A program made the translations under genes and the position numbers. DNA of 64,000 bases from Oikopleura dioica (Eukaryota > Animalia > Chordata), in NCBI GenBank assembly GCA_907165135.1, contig OU015568.1, forward strand, positions 5,208,001 through 5,272,000. Reading direction: 5' to 3'. Under the pieces are notes generated by a model. It saw nothing but the letters and a program-made list of their open reading frames with translations, did not search any database and had not been told where the DNA came from. Shown piece by piece: positions 23,801-36,062 of the stretch. Position 1 is the stretch's first letter. Each line of letters starts with the position of its first letter.

Positions 23801-25597
23801 GTTACCACTTCCGTTCTACACCATTTCATCTCTTTCAAGCTATGCTTACCGAGGGCCCTAGCAGTCTTGGTTCCTTTTCCTTCGTATGGGATATTGGCGA
23901 CGGCTTCGAGAAGATCGGCTTTGGAGTAGTAGTCGTTGGGTTTGATTCGGAAAATTGGCTAGAAAACGCGTCAAGGGTGTCAAGAACAAATTTGCTGAAG
24001 AGAAAATTTTGAGCGAGTGTTATGGAGAAAATTTGTAAAACACGTTGAGTCAAAAAGATAACATGCGTGTTTTGGTCGGTGCTTTTTCGATGAATCTGAT
24101 GGGGCGGGAAAAGTTTTAAATGTGTAAGGAGAGAAGTTTACTTACATATTCGTTGAAAGTAATCACACCGACGCGGGTCTTGTTTTCGCCGATAGGGAGC
24201 GACTTGATGAGTCCGATGATGTATTCTCGCACGTACTGAAAAGTGGGGATTAGTGAAAGGCACACCCTTAATTTGGGAGAAGATAAGGATATCTTTTTCT
24301 CGCTCAGGAAGGTTTAATAGTAAGAAATAAGGTAAACAGACGTCAAAAAGTCAAAAATGAGGATTTCTGTCGGACAGACAATTGGATTGTCTGATAGACA
24401 AAAAGCCGTAGAATTTCAAGTTTCATCCAGATATTGTTTATTTTTTCTCAAATGGCTTCATGAAGCAAGGCATCAGCTAAGCGAGAATAAGGGTAGGGAC
24501 TTACGTTGAAGTTCTTGTCCTTGATCGATGAAGAAGAATCGATGACAAAGATAAAGTCCATCTTCATATTAGCTGGGCATCCGTCTCGCATGCAGCATTC
24601 TGGTGCATCCCCAACCCAGTCACCATTTTCGCATCTGTAGTTCGGGTTGTCCGGGATTTTAATCTAAAAAGACAGTCAGGAGCGAAAATTGATTGTGTCT
24701 TACCTTGTAAGGTGATGGACACTGGAAGGTGCACTGGGAGCCGTGGTTGGAGAAATCGGTGCAAGCGGCTTCCATCTGGTGCGGGAGCCACATTTTGCGT
24801 CGGCAACTATTGGTATTGGGATCCATGGTTGTCTGGACGGTAGTTGGTTGCCAAGGCTCGGTGGTGAAGTCCTGAAGATAGCGAGTAAATAAGCATGTTC
24901 AAAAAAGTTTCAAAAAATGAAAACCATAAAAGACTATTGTTGACTGTCGATCTGGACTTTTGGACAATTTTTTAAAAACTGAGCTCTAGAACTTAGAATT
25001 GTCTTTAGGTTAGGGGTCTAGGTGAGTTGACCTTATTGACAAACTTCCAGAACTCTATGTTTACTTACATAATCAGAGTACGATTCAGTATGATCGGTGT
25101 AGTCAACCTCGACAGCGTTGCACTGGGTCCATCCTAAAAAGGTCACGTGAATACCAAAAGCAAGAGCAGAATATACGCGCGTGCATATTAAACGAGCCGC
25201 ATATTCCAACTTCGTAAACAAACTTGCCGTCCAAAACGTGGGTTCGTTCCGTTTTAGAAAAAAAAATTCGTACCTTTGAGAGTTGACTCGAATACTTTGC
25301 AGCTGAGCTCGCAGCAGAAGCTGGTTGACTCGTCGTAGAGCTCGCCGCAGCAGCAGCCCTGGCCGGGGAAGTAGGGCTTGCCAGTTGGGTCGCCAGCAGG
25401 GCAGCAGCCGATTGCGCGGGGACCGATTGTTGGATTCTGAAAGGAAGAAATGAGGAAAATGGCCGAAAAAGGGGGTGTTTTGAGACTTGAAATGATTCGC
25501 TCAATTGCCATTTGAAGCAAAATGGCCAATCTGGACCTCGATTTTGATTAATCCTTCGGGAAGTCGCAAAAAGCTTTACAGGACAAACGGATTTCAT
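20861..25597 (-). CDS. Secreted matrix-type protein: Cys-rich (galaxin/usherin-like) repeat + Thr linker + Sushi/CCP + VWA + furin site + C-terminal domain
   Basis: GCCPAGDPTGKPYFPGQGCCCGELYDESTSFCC; CTDFSNHGSQCTFQCPSPYK...YRCENGDWVGDAPEC (CCP); DFIFVIDSSSSI..NF, KTRVGVITF, IPYEGKGTKTARAL, PNTVLVLTDG, VIVVGVG (VWA, intact MIDAS); RQRR. Mostly GT-AG junctions in phase. 5' end uncertain (25600-25810). Confidence 0.85.
23496..23611. repeat. Foldback element with internal 9-bp (tgtcacgaa) tandem repeats
   Basis: cagtgctgaaaatgtcacgaacgtcacaaatgtcacgaatgtc ... gtgacattcgtgacattcgtgactttttcagtactg; in a long intron of the VWA gene. Confidence 0.75.
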
Positions 25598-25935
25598 TTT
25601 TAATTAGAGCGCTCTACCGTTAATTTGGCGTCATGAGGCTCATTTATTTTAGGCCCTTCCAATGGTGGCCTCCACTGTCTTTTCCTTCATTCCATAAAAA
25701 AACGCACACGCCGCTGGGCAAGACAATTTTTTCCTAATTACTATTAGCCAAACATTGAGAAAAAAATACACATACACAGACGGCAACAGGCCATTACAAA
25801 TACGCGCGCCATTGTACTCCGGCTCCTTATTTTGCTTTCGCAAATATGAAAAAGTGATCTTGAAAAAACGACGAATTTGAACAAAGAACATCGAAAATCG
25901 AGAATGAGTGAAGATTAGGAGAGAAAATAAAGAAG

Positions 25936-28670
25936 ATGAATACGGAATTGTTACTGATTGGATTACTGTGTGGGGCGATTCTGGGGTCGAGTTTGATACT
26001 ACTGGGGATTTACTGTCACTGGCATTTTACGAGAAAAAATGGTAAAAAAGAGTTTCGTGGGTGGCCAAAATAAGGGGATATCCTACCTTTAGGCCTGGTT
26101 TTTCACGTAATTTCGACATAATTAGCAAAGTGACACCCTTATTTAAAATTCTAGGCGAAAAAATAATGACTTTTTTGAATAATTTTTTGTAAAAACTTAT
26201 CAAAAAAAACCTGAAAATAGTATTTTGAGATGTATCTTCTATTTGATCACAGATCTTAATTTAGTATGAATACATATAGAAATGATATGCGGAGAAGACA
26301 AATCGGCTTCTGAGTCGATTTTACTTCTGTTCTAATTAATTAAACTCAAGTATCCGAATCGATCATCGGCGCATAGAATGCGCTTCAAATTTAATGAAGT
26401 ACGACAGGCCTCGGCCAACTGCGTTTGATTTCCCCCGAGGCGCGTGCGCGCTTCTCATCCCTAAGAGTAGTAGTGAGCCTCCTCATCATAGATCTTTCTT
26501 TTTCACACTCAGAGTCTGGCAAAGGAAGAAAAATAGCAAAGACTATACATTTTTAACGAGAAAAACAACAAAAATGATGAAGATCAGAAAGAAATTCAGA
26601 ATATTACCACTTTTTCATTCAGAAAGGGGCAGAAAGAAGAAATCGACAAAAGAAGAAAATGGCAAAAATAGGTGAGGATACCCTTAAATTTAGCTTTTTA
26701 TTTCTTTATCCTTTTTTATCTCTTTTTTGGCCAGTGATAGTCATTTTAAAGCCGATTTTCATCATAAAAGGTCATTAAAATCCGGTCGAAATACCCTTAT
26801 TTAAATGAAGATACCCTTAAGTTCTGACCTTTATTTCGACCTTCAAACCTCCCTCGAACCTGTAGGTAGAAGACAGTATAATTTGAGTGGCTATTTGCCC
26901 ATTTTATAACCTATTTGAAGTCATATGAAAAAGCCATCAAATCAAGTGCCCGCCCCTTAGCCACAAAGCTCCCCAGGCAGCGCCTCAGTGACAAAGAAAG
27001 TTAAATGGCCACTTCACGTGGATAGCAAATATTGAAATTCGAATAAGCATGACTGAAGGAACCGATTTTTTTACGACTTCCGGTTCTTCTTCTTTTTTTT
27101 TCAAAGGTCGAAATAAACCAGTAATAATTTAAAAAAGGCAGCGTTATCGATTTTGTGTTTCAGACTGAGCCGAAGTCAAGAATCGACAAAGTGTCAGCAA
27201 TGCCAGGTAACTGTCCCGTTTTTTCAATAATCCCTTAATCGAATTTAATCTACAGTCGCCAGTCATGTGTGCTTCCAAGAGCTTGCTGACTCCTAGCGGC
27301 AATATGGAAATCGGAAGAGATAGGAGGAAGGACAGTGTTTTTACTGAGATTGACATGAGAAGTTCTACCATTGAATTGGTTATTCACAGGAAAGGGTTAA
27401 CTTCCAACTGCAAAAAGGGGTGAATTTGTGTATTTTGGCACAAAAAGGGCCTCTTTCTAAAAATGGGTTAAAAATTTCTTCTCGGAAATTAACCCTCTAA
27501 CACAGGTCCGATGGAACGCTCCAAAGGAAGAAATACAATCACGCCTCAGCGGGAGCACCGAGCAATAAGAGCCGCGCCAATCACTCTTCTTATCAGTCTA
27601 GTTGGCATCCTGCCGATATGGAAAATGGCCCCTTATTGGGCGATAACCAGACGCCATTAGAAAACCACATGCGTAGTCTTCCCGAGTTCGGCTACGTCGT
27701 CGCGCAGCAAAATGGAAAGGTAACGAAACTAACGATAACAATCGCTTCTAATTCTCTTTTTAAAACTGACCCTAGAATTTGAACCGTAAACTTAGCAAAT
27801 ATAACAGCAGCAAATATTTATTGCTGACGCATATTTAGGCAAAATAAATCAAAATCTGCCGACCAAGAAGTTTTATCAAAATATTCACTAGAAAAGCCGC
27901 TCGCGGCTTTTTCAAATTGTGATAAACATGAATATGCTTATGGTATCCTGTCTGGTAGACAAATAATTTTGATTCTAGCGCGCTTCAATCAGCTTTTCAA
28001 CAACTGGGTTGAACACAACTCCATCCACTCCGGCAGGATTTTCCGGCCAACTGGAGAAGACATCGACAAGCTCACTGCTCGCTGCGAAACGAACAGACAT
28101 CAAGCCTCGTTTATCCTTCCGCTCGCGCGACTACCAGATTCTAGTTCCCGAGAAGCCGCCCGGCGAGAGTCAGATCATGAGGCGTAACACATCCGCGCCC
28201 GTCACCGGCTCCAGTCCGAATTATAGCACGAGGAGTAGCGGATACGAGTCCGCTGATTTGGCCAATCCAAGATCTCCGTCGCCCATTTCTCCGACCAGAA
28301 TGAGGTGGCTTCTTTTTTCTTCTCCCTTTTGGACCCTTTTTTAGAACTTTGACGAGGAGAATCACGGAGATTCAGGCCGCTCAAAAACGTTTCAAAAGAT
28401 TTGCCTCGCTGCCGAATTATCGAAGTGGACAGGTTAAGAATTTTTAACCCGTTGGGATCAATAGTTTCTTTTTAGAATATTAACCCGACCATACCGGAGA
28501 TTAGCGATTCGCCCGCAAATCAAGAGGCCGTCAAGGTCAAATCTTCCACTCCCAGCTCTTCTTCGACCCTTTGTCTCGGTCTGGTCGGCCGACCCGGTCC
28601 GGTCCAGAGCTCTGAAACGAGTCCCAGGCCGGCCGAAGATCCAGAAAAAGACCCTGGAGGAACAAAATGA
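25936..28670 (+). CDS. N-terminally anchored single-pass membrane protein with long Ser/Pro-rich disordered tail
   Basis: MNTELLLIGLLCGAILGSSLILLGIYCHWHFTRKN (TM plus basic stop-transfer), then exons at ~26280-26430, ~27170-27380, ~27510-27720, ~28010-28310, ~28345-28430 and 28476-28670 (…PEKDPGGTK-stop). Some junctions unresolved. Confidence 0.65.
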
Positions 28671-28857
28671 CCCAGGAATCGGGTTAAAAATGGCTGCAAA
28701 GTTCAAAAGGTCACAGAAAAACTGCCAATTTCAAAACTGAATCGCTAGCCGACGAAATTTGATGCGTTCAAATATACTTTCACTGCATTACAAATAATAA
28801 ATTATTTAGCCAAATATCGTCATTGCAAATTTTCGGGCAGACTTAAAAAGAGAAAAA

Positions 28858-31800
28858 ATGAAGCTCTTGGGCTTGATTTTAGGTCTAGTTTTGGGCCAAG
28901 ATTGCCCGTTTTATGCAGAAGGAACCAGTGGAAGTTACAAGGTTTATAGGCGGAATGCAGGGAAAAGCGGTAAGGGCGTCAATTTTTATCCTGAAAAACA
29001 GGTGAGTATGCCACTTAAGGACCTACACTCCTGTTCGATGAGGCGGTGGGTGCCATCCTCTCGACCGGTTCTGGCAATTTAGAAATAAAAGACCTTCGAG
29101 GGCAATTTTGGGAAAGCGACTTCACTCGCCAGAAAGAGGTTCGTTAAGGGCCTCCCCTTTCACAAAATAATAGACATAATGTAGTCACATGTGATCACGA
29201 GCACCGAGTACAAACGGAACTCTCTTCAAATTAACTTTGGCGAAAATATTCATTTATCGCTAAATTGCCTCGACACGAGCGCACAACTGGTTCAATTAGC
29301 GGTCGAGAATGGAATGGATAGATTTTGGCTTCGCTTTGCGGCAGGAAAGGGTTAAAAAGACGGACAATGCAAATAGTTCTGGAGGGTTAACAGAAGAGAA
29401 AGACACAAAATGTGTCGACTTTGCTTTAACCGGTTAAAAATCTGTCACAAGAAGTGCCATATTAGTTTCAAATGGTTAAAACGGAAGGATGAGCACAAAA
29501 TGTGCCAAAGATCAAATTTAACCCAATCAAGGCAGCGCGGAAGAAGGTGTTTACGGCGGTGGGGAACAATTTTCCTACTTTAACCTGCGCGGCAAGAGCT
29601 TCCAAATGTTGACCCGCGAGCAAGGCGTCGGCCGTAACGCGTCCGAATTAGGTTTGTTTCAAATTGCCGAGGGAAATCAACTTAACTCCACGTTTGCCTT
29701 TAGATACAATGGTGCATTGCACCTTCTGTGTTTACCGAGTTTAAAATTTCCGAGATTTTGTGGCTTGATCAGCGAAAAAACCAAAATAAAAGGCGGCTAA
29801 ATTTTAACTCCTCAAAGCACGATGGTCAAATCGGTGCCTTAAAGTGACAAAAATGGCCATATGCCGCTCGAGGGTTAAGATTTTCTAGCCGATTTTTAAA
29901 GAAAATAAGTTTGTCGAAGTTTTCGTATTTCGCTGACCTGCCAAAATATCTAGAATTTCAACCCGTCGCTCAATAATGTTCTTTTTCTAGTGAGCTTCGT
30001 GAGCGAACGATGTTGCCGAACAGGTGGCGAGTATCACCATACGTACTGGCCGCAGCCAACGTGCGTAATTTCAGGAAGCCGCCTCAGCTCACCTCCTCCT
30101 CCCTCCGGTTTACGGTGTTGTGTCAATCGCACAATCATTCCGGAGCCGGTTCAAAGTCATTTCTTCCAGAAAAATTACGCGATCGCGCTTTTTATCTGAT
30201 CAAAGACAGGATTTGACAATGAACCCGCTGCGCGAAAATGACCAATTATTTGGTAAAGACGGAAAATGATGCTTTTTCCAAATAATTGGTCATCTTGCGC
30301 CAGCGGGTTAAAGAATAATTTTTCAAGTTTGAGAAAGAAGCTTGAATTTATCCTGGACTTGAATTAAATTCACAACCAAGTTGTTCTACAAACTTGAAAA
30401 GAAAAAAAATAATAATTTTCCGCTGCGCCGCGCGTTACAAATTTTTTCGAAATGAATTTTTGGAAATTTTGTGTAACGTGTGTGTTGCTCCAAAAAGACG
30501 GAGAGAAGTGTTGCTGAGCGGTGAGTACAGGCGGAGCGAGCAGGAATTTTTACATCAACTTCTGGGCACCGCACGGGCTTTGGCATTCTGCTACCGCCAC
30601 GGTACATTCCACCAAACGAGAAAATTTGAAATTCTAAATTTTGACAAAAGTACACACGTCAGTAAATTTCCAGGCAAATTTCAAACTAGCTTAATTTAAG
30701 ATTTTACTGTTATTTCTTTTTTGATCTTAAGGGAACCCACTTCAATATTTTCATAAATTTTTTTATCAAAAATAATGATTAGGAGGTCCTTAATTCATCA
30801 AAAAGAGAGCCAGAAATTTTGACCAATCAGAGGGCGAGAAATTGGAAAAAAGCGCCATCTACCGTAGAAATTTTTCAAAATTGCCTAGGCACGTTATTTC
30901 TTAAATTTATTCATCTCCAACACGCATGTACGTTTTGATAACGCTCTCCCCTTCCTTTTTCATCCTTATCAGTGTCGAATGGCATGAATATTTTTTCCAC
31001 CACGTGACTCGAAAAGCGATAGAAAAGCCCGGTAAAAAGCATGACGAGTACTCGGTCTTCGATTTGACGCAAGAAGAATTTCACGAGTTTGAATTCCATG
31101 TTTCGAATCCAAAACAGGAGCTGCTGAAATTCGAAATGGACTTTGGACAGGGTAAGTGCGGTAGTGCTCGGTTCTGGAAACGAAGGAAACCCCAATTCCA
31201 ACTCAGCCAATGTCTGCTGAGCCGCTTTTCGTGTCCGATTTCAAATCCGCTTTTCCTATCTAGCCTATCCGTTTCTCTATCCCTTTTTGCTGCAACAAGA
31301 CTGGTCTTGTATTGGGAAAGTAGAAGATAAACGATTCAATTCGGTAGACTCCATTAACTCAGTGATACCCTTAAGACTACGCGGACACAGTTTCAAAACT
31401 CGCCCTTTCATACGGCAAGCAAAACAAGCTTCCTTCCTGGGTCACCACTGGCTCTATCGTCGGACTTCAAGGCGGAACCGACCGGGTTCTAGAAATCATC
31501 GAAGACAGCCAAAAAATCGGCGACATCGACATTCATGGCGTTTGGATCCAGGACTGGTCTGGGCAGATTTTCACGGACTTTGGAGACCGAGTGTTTTGGA
31601 ACTGGCAGTGGAATAAGACACAATATCCGAGCTTAGGAAAATGGGCGGGAAATTTAAAAAGGCTTCGATGGCGCGAAATTTTTTTGAGACGAAAAATGTC
31701 TAAAATACGCAATTAGCGAGTCAAAATTGATTGCTCGGAAGAAGCACTTTTTGACCAACCATTTTTAACCCATTCGCGCCCGGCTGATTAGATACAATCC

Positions 31801-34630
31801 TCCCGGAAATGGCCGAAAAGGGCGTCTACTTTCTAAATTACCTCAATCCGCATCTCCTCAACACACCCACCTCTGATCTCTACCTTTACGGCGAAGAACA
31901 TGGCTACTTTGTCAAGGTTTGAAGAAAACTCTCAGCTGGAAATCAGAAATTCGAAAATTCGCGTAAAAATCACGTGGTGAATTTTGACAAAGTGTTCACA
32001 CTGTGCGGCGCGTTTATTATTGGAATTTTGATTTTCAGTGTTGTCATAAGGGCACGTAAGCGAGTTTCGTGAAAATTACAATTTTTCGATTTTTGAGTCG
32101 AAATTCTTCAAAGAATCTGTCGGAACTCACTGCAAAATCATAAAAACGCGAACTCGAACAATCATTTAACTAGAAATCTCAAAAATAAGCACTGGCCAAT
32201 CAGAAATATGGATTTTCAAAGTTGACCAATCAGAGCAATTTAAACAGCGCCATCCATCGGAAAAAAAGAAAAGATCGACAATTAAGCTTGTTTTTCTCAA
32301 GTTTGAGTTTTTGATTCAAAAATTCGATATTCGAGTCGAAAAAACAAGCTTTCAGAATTCGCTTCAAACGTGCCCCGCGAAAACAACCTCGCGAACAAAA
32401 TTTTCGGCATATTTGCTCGAACCTCTTAACCCTTGAGCGCGTCTCTTTCACCCCATTTAGAACAAAACCACTGGACAGACGTTGGAACAAGTGTTTGGTT
32501 TCGAGCCGTTTTTGGTCGTCACTGTCGACCTCAGGTTCTAGCGGTTCCAGCGAGTTGAGATTTCGCACGTACGCGAGAGCGAAACCAGCCGCAGCGCTTT
32601 GTTATCTCTTTGCGTTTTTGCTTTTTCGCGAATTGGTGATTTTCGAATTTTTTTGAATATTTTACTGGAACCGTGGTTAAAGCAATCCAGAGGCCGCGGA
32701 GTGGTTTAAAAACGAAGTCATCATCAAAAATACCATCGAGTTTGGATTCAAGGGTGAGAGCTTTGAATAAATGCTCGGTTTTGAATAAATTAAGGGTGGA
32801 TGGCGGACTTTGGAGAGTACCTCCCTTATTCTGATGATGTTTTGTTCTTTGACGGATCAACAGGAAATGGACTAATAACGCGGTGATACCCTTAATTTGG
32901 CTTGAATCGAGCTGATTTTCAAGCTGTAATTTCTCGAAAATTTTTCATAGTGATACCCTTATTTTATCTTCACAAAAGATTTTGGAAACCGTTGTTAATG
33001 TTTTTGCGAAGCGCAAAATCAGCAAAGAAATCAAGTTAAGGATATCTCTACCATAAGAATTTCGCAATTGAGTCCACGAAAAGGCAAAGACTGGCACAAT
33101 AAGTATAGCGAAAAGTGGGCAAATTTGAATATGCAGGTAAGATCCCCTCGGTTTCGGATGACAATCCCTCGTCGCCGCAGTTTTTGTTAAGGCTCTATCC
33201 TCTTTCGACTACATTTTTTCGCCTAAAGATCAGAGGCGGGAGATCCTTAATGAAACATCATCATTGCGTTTTCCGGTTGTGAATAAGTCGACCGGGGACT
33301 TAAGGGAATCGCACCCGGAAAACGCGGCTTTTCCGTATGCATTTCGCACTCTTTCCCACGTCCATGATGAATACTGGAATTGACGGTACAACCTTAAGGC
33401 CCTCGTGGAAACTGGCACGCTTGGGGATTGCTTTTTCTTCTCCCGAGCGGGCTGGAATGGCATGCGGGCAAGTTCAACTGTCGCATGGGCTGGCGATCAA
33501 AACGTAGACTTCTCCTATGGCGATGGTTTATTCACGACAATTCCAGCCGCCTTAAGGTACCCCCTCTCTTCTATCCGCTAATGCGGGTACATTAAAACCA
33601 CTTAAGCTTGGGAGCAAGCGGATTTGGCATAACACACTTCGATATTGGCGGTTACACTGGTATGCCGCCGCTGATTAGAACCGAGGTGATATACCCTTAA
33701 TCCCTCAACCCTCTTCATCCTGCTTTAAGGAGCTCTTCCTACGATCCGCTGAGGCAGCGATTTTCACGCCGATCATGAGAACGCACGAGGGAAATCGACC
33801 GTTTGAAGGATTCCAGTACTATTGCAACATTTGCAGCAAGAAACTCTTCGGCCGATTGGTCAAGGTAAGCATAAGCATGGTGACCCCTTTAACTATTTTT
33901 AAGGTCCACAACGTGCTAGAGAAGTATATCGACTTTCTAATGGGCGAGAACGCTGAGCAGGGTAAACCGATCCAGGTAAGTCTCAAAATGGATTTTGGAT
34001 TCGCTCGCGCCGAGAGAAAAAAAAAGTGTTGAAACGGGTTAATTCTAGAGACCAATGATCTGGCTGGAAGACAAGGAAGAACTCAGATCGGTTGATACTC
34101 AGTACTACTTTGGAGATGATATGGTAGTTGCGCCGGTTTTGAGGGGAGGCATGGAGAAACATACGCTTTATATTCCAGAGGTAAGGGATTGAAAATTAAC
34201 CTGTTGTTGCGGAGTATCCAATTTTTTGGCAAGACTGATTTCGAGATCAATTTCTGGTGTTTTCGAGATCAGAAACTAATTTGCCAAAGGTTTGGTCAGA
34301 ACGACAAAACGGGTTAATAGGAACTTAACCTGTTGGAATTCAAAATCGCTTAACCCATTTAGGGAACCTGGGTTTGGGTTTGGAACTCAAACGTGCAAGT
34401 GACGGGCCCAGGAAAGGATCAAGCGATTCCCCTACGGTGATCCATTCGCTCATTTCATAATCGAAGAAATTTTATTCGCGATCCCGGGGAATCACTGATC
34501 CCCCCAATTTTAAGTGAGCAACTTCGAAATCGAATCCCCGATCGGCTATCCCGCCGCCTTCTATCGGCTTGGCTCAGCTTTTCAGGAGAGTGAATTGATC
34601 CCACTGGCTTTAATAAGTACCGTACCGTGA
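28858..34630 (+). CDS. yihQ: Secreted GH31 sulfoquinovosidase-like alpha-glycosidase (YihQ-type)
   Basis: Signal peptide MKLLGLILGLVLGQ; VYGGGEQFSYFNLRGK, EQGVGRN, GGEYHHTYWPQPT, LPSWVTTGSIVGLQGGT, GVWIQDWSG, DRVFWNWQWN..YP, FLNYLNP, VDLSNPEAAEWF, GWMADFGEYLP (nucleophile), AWAGDQNVD (acid/base), THFDIGGYT, FTPIMRTHEGNRP, VAPVL, PIGYPAAFYR. All are collinear with E. coli YihQ as recalled. The symbol denotes the bacterial homolog. 3' end 34630 or 34679. Confidence 0.92.
30222..30309. mobile_element. 88-bp hairpin MITE of the (T)AACCC...GGGTTA(A) family
   Basis: aacccgctgcgcgaaaatgaccaattatttgg ... ccaaataattggtcatcttgcgccagcgggtt; intronic in the GH31 gene. Related ends at ~29340-29530, ~29800-29880, ~34820-35020 and ~43905-44190. 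Confidence 0.75.
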
Positions 34631-34728
34631 AATATATAGAAATAGAATGAGAGAATGGGCTGAAATAGAAAGAGATGAATTCGATTAAGAACGATTTTGA
34701 ACGGATTCAGGAGTTCTACGATCTACCC

Positions 34729-36062
34729 TTAGGATGCAGAGACTTCAAGAACATCTTCCCAAATTGCAATGATTACCTTCCAGAAGGAAAAATCAAAAGA
34801 AGAGCTCAATTCAGGAATGCGTTTTTAACCCATTGAGACAGAAAAGCCTTTTTTGTACAAAATGTCACAAAAAGGGACATAACCTATCACACGAATAAAA
34901 AATTTTTCGGGAGAAATTTAACATTGTGAATGCAATCTTGATATTTAACCTGTTGAGGTAAAAGAGGCCGTTTTTGTACAAATTGTGAAAAAATGTCCGT
35001 TTGGTGTCTGTGGGTTAAAAATGCTAGAAAAAGCTATGAGAAAGTAAAATCTGATCTTATTGATGAATTGACCTACGAATTTGAGAATCATTTCAAGTCA
35101 AAAACTGAGCTCTAGAATTTTAAATCTTTGAATAAAATTCAATAAACTTACAATATCAAGTCTTTCGGTTCCTTTCGGTCCTCCGCCACCATGAGGCTGT
35201 GGAAATGGAGCAGGTCGCGGATCATGGACGCAGACGAGTTCTTCGGCGCTTCTCGCGTATCTAGAATTAAAAACCGGGTTCAGGGTGTGTTGCACGTTAT
35301 GCAAAGGAAATAAAGTGACGTGAGGACGAAAATTTTGTATGATAATGATCGTGTTATGTTATTGACGTCCGAATATGGCGATAACGTCGGTGGCGGTGCA
35401 CGTTTGCGGGTTAAGATTGAGGAGACAGGGATTATAGACGGCAGACGGCCGTGGGTTAAGATTATATAACAAAAAAATAAACGAACAAAAATGTCTGACA
35501 AACATTTTAATTTCTTAGATTTCTCCAAGTTTTCTTCCTTCCAAATCTTTCTACAGTAGCGGGTTAAGACTTAACCCATTCATGCTACGGCGGTATATCC
35601 GCCCTCGTGTGTAACGTGCATAAAACGGGGCGATATGCACACACCAAAGGTACTCAGTGTTGCAAATACCTTCCGCAGCGCTAGCTTTCTAAAACGCGCG
35701 TTTCTTTTTCTTTTTTACTCACTCACTATCGTTGCATAACGATAGGGATCAGCAAAGTTGGGAAAAAAAGAATGTTGAGAGCGTAAATAATACCACTTGT
35801 TTCAAAACACAGAAGAAATAAAACGGCTCAAAATCGTATTTTGATCGATAACAAGTTTATGAAATACTATTCCAAAGAATTCAAAATAGATGAAATACGG
35901 GTCCTACATTTGAAAATTAAGGGTCTATCACGTCGATTGAGGTCCTTACCTTGGATCGAGAACTCGCATGTCCGAGTAGGTTATCACATTGTTATCGTCT
36001 GGGAGAAGGTAGGCAGATGCCTTGAGCATCAGGGCCCCGTAGAGCTTCTTCATCATCACCAT
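34729..36062 (-). CDS. Probable multi-exon gene of unknown function, convergent with the GH31 gene
   Basis: MVMMKKLYGALMLKASAYLLPDDNNVITYSDMRVLDPR|gtaagg; ICNTEYLWCVHIAPFYARYTRGRIYRRSMNG|gttaag; YARSAEELVCVHDPRPAPFPQPHGGGGPKGTERLDI|gtaagt. Full path unresolved. Confidence 0.45.

Noticed and set aside
29990-30050. Initial impression of a MYORG-type GH31
   Set aside because: Downstream motifs (GLQGG, WIQDW, RVFWNW, WMADFGE, MRTHEGNRP) are those of the YihQ subfamily, not the MYORG FKFDAGE type.
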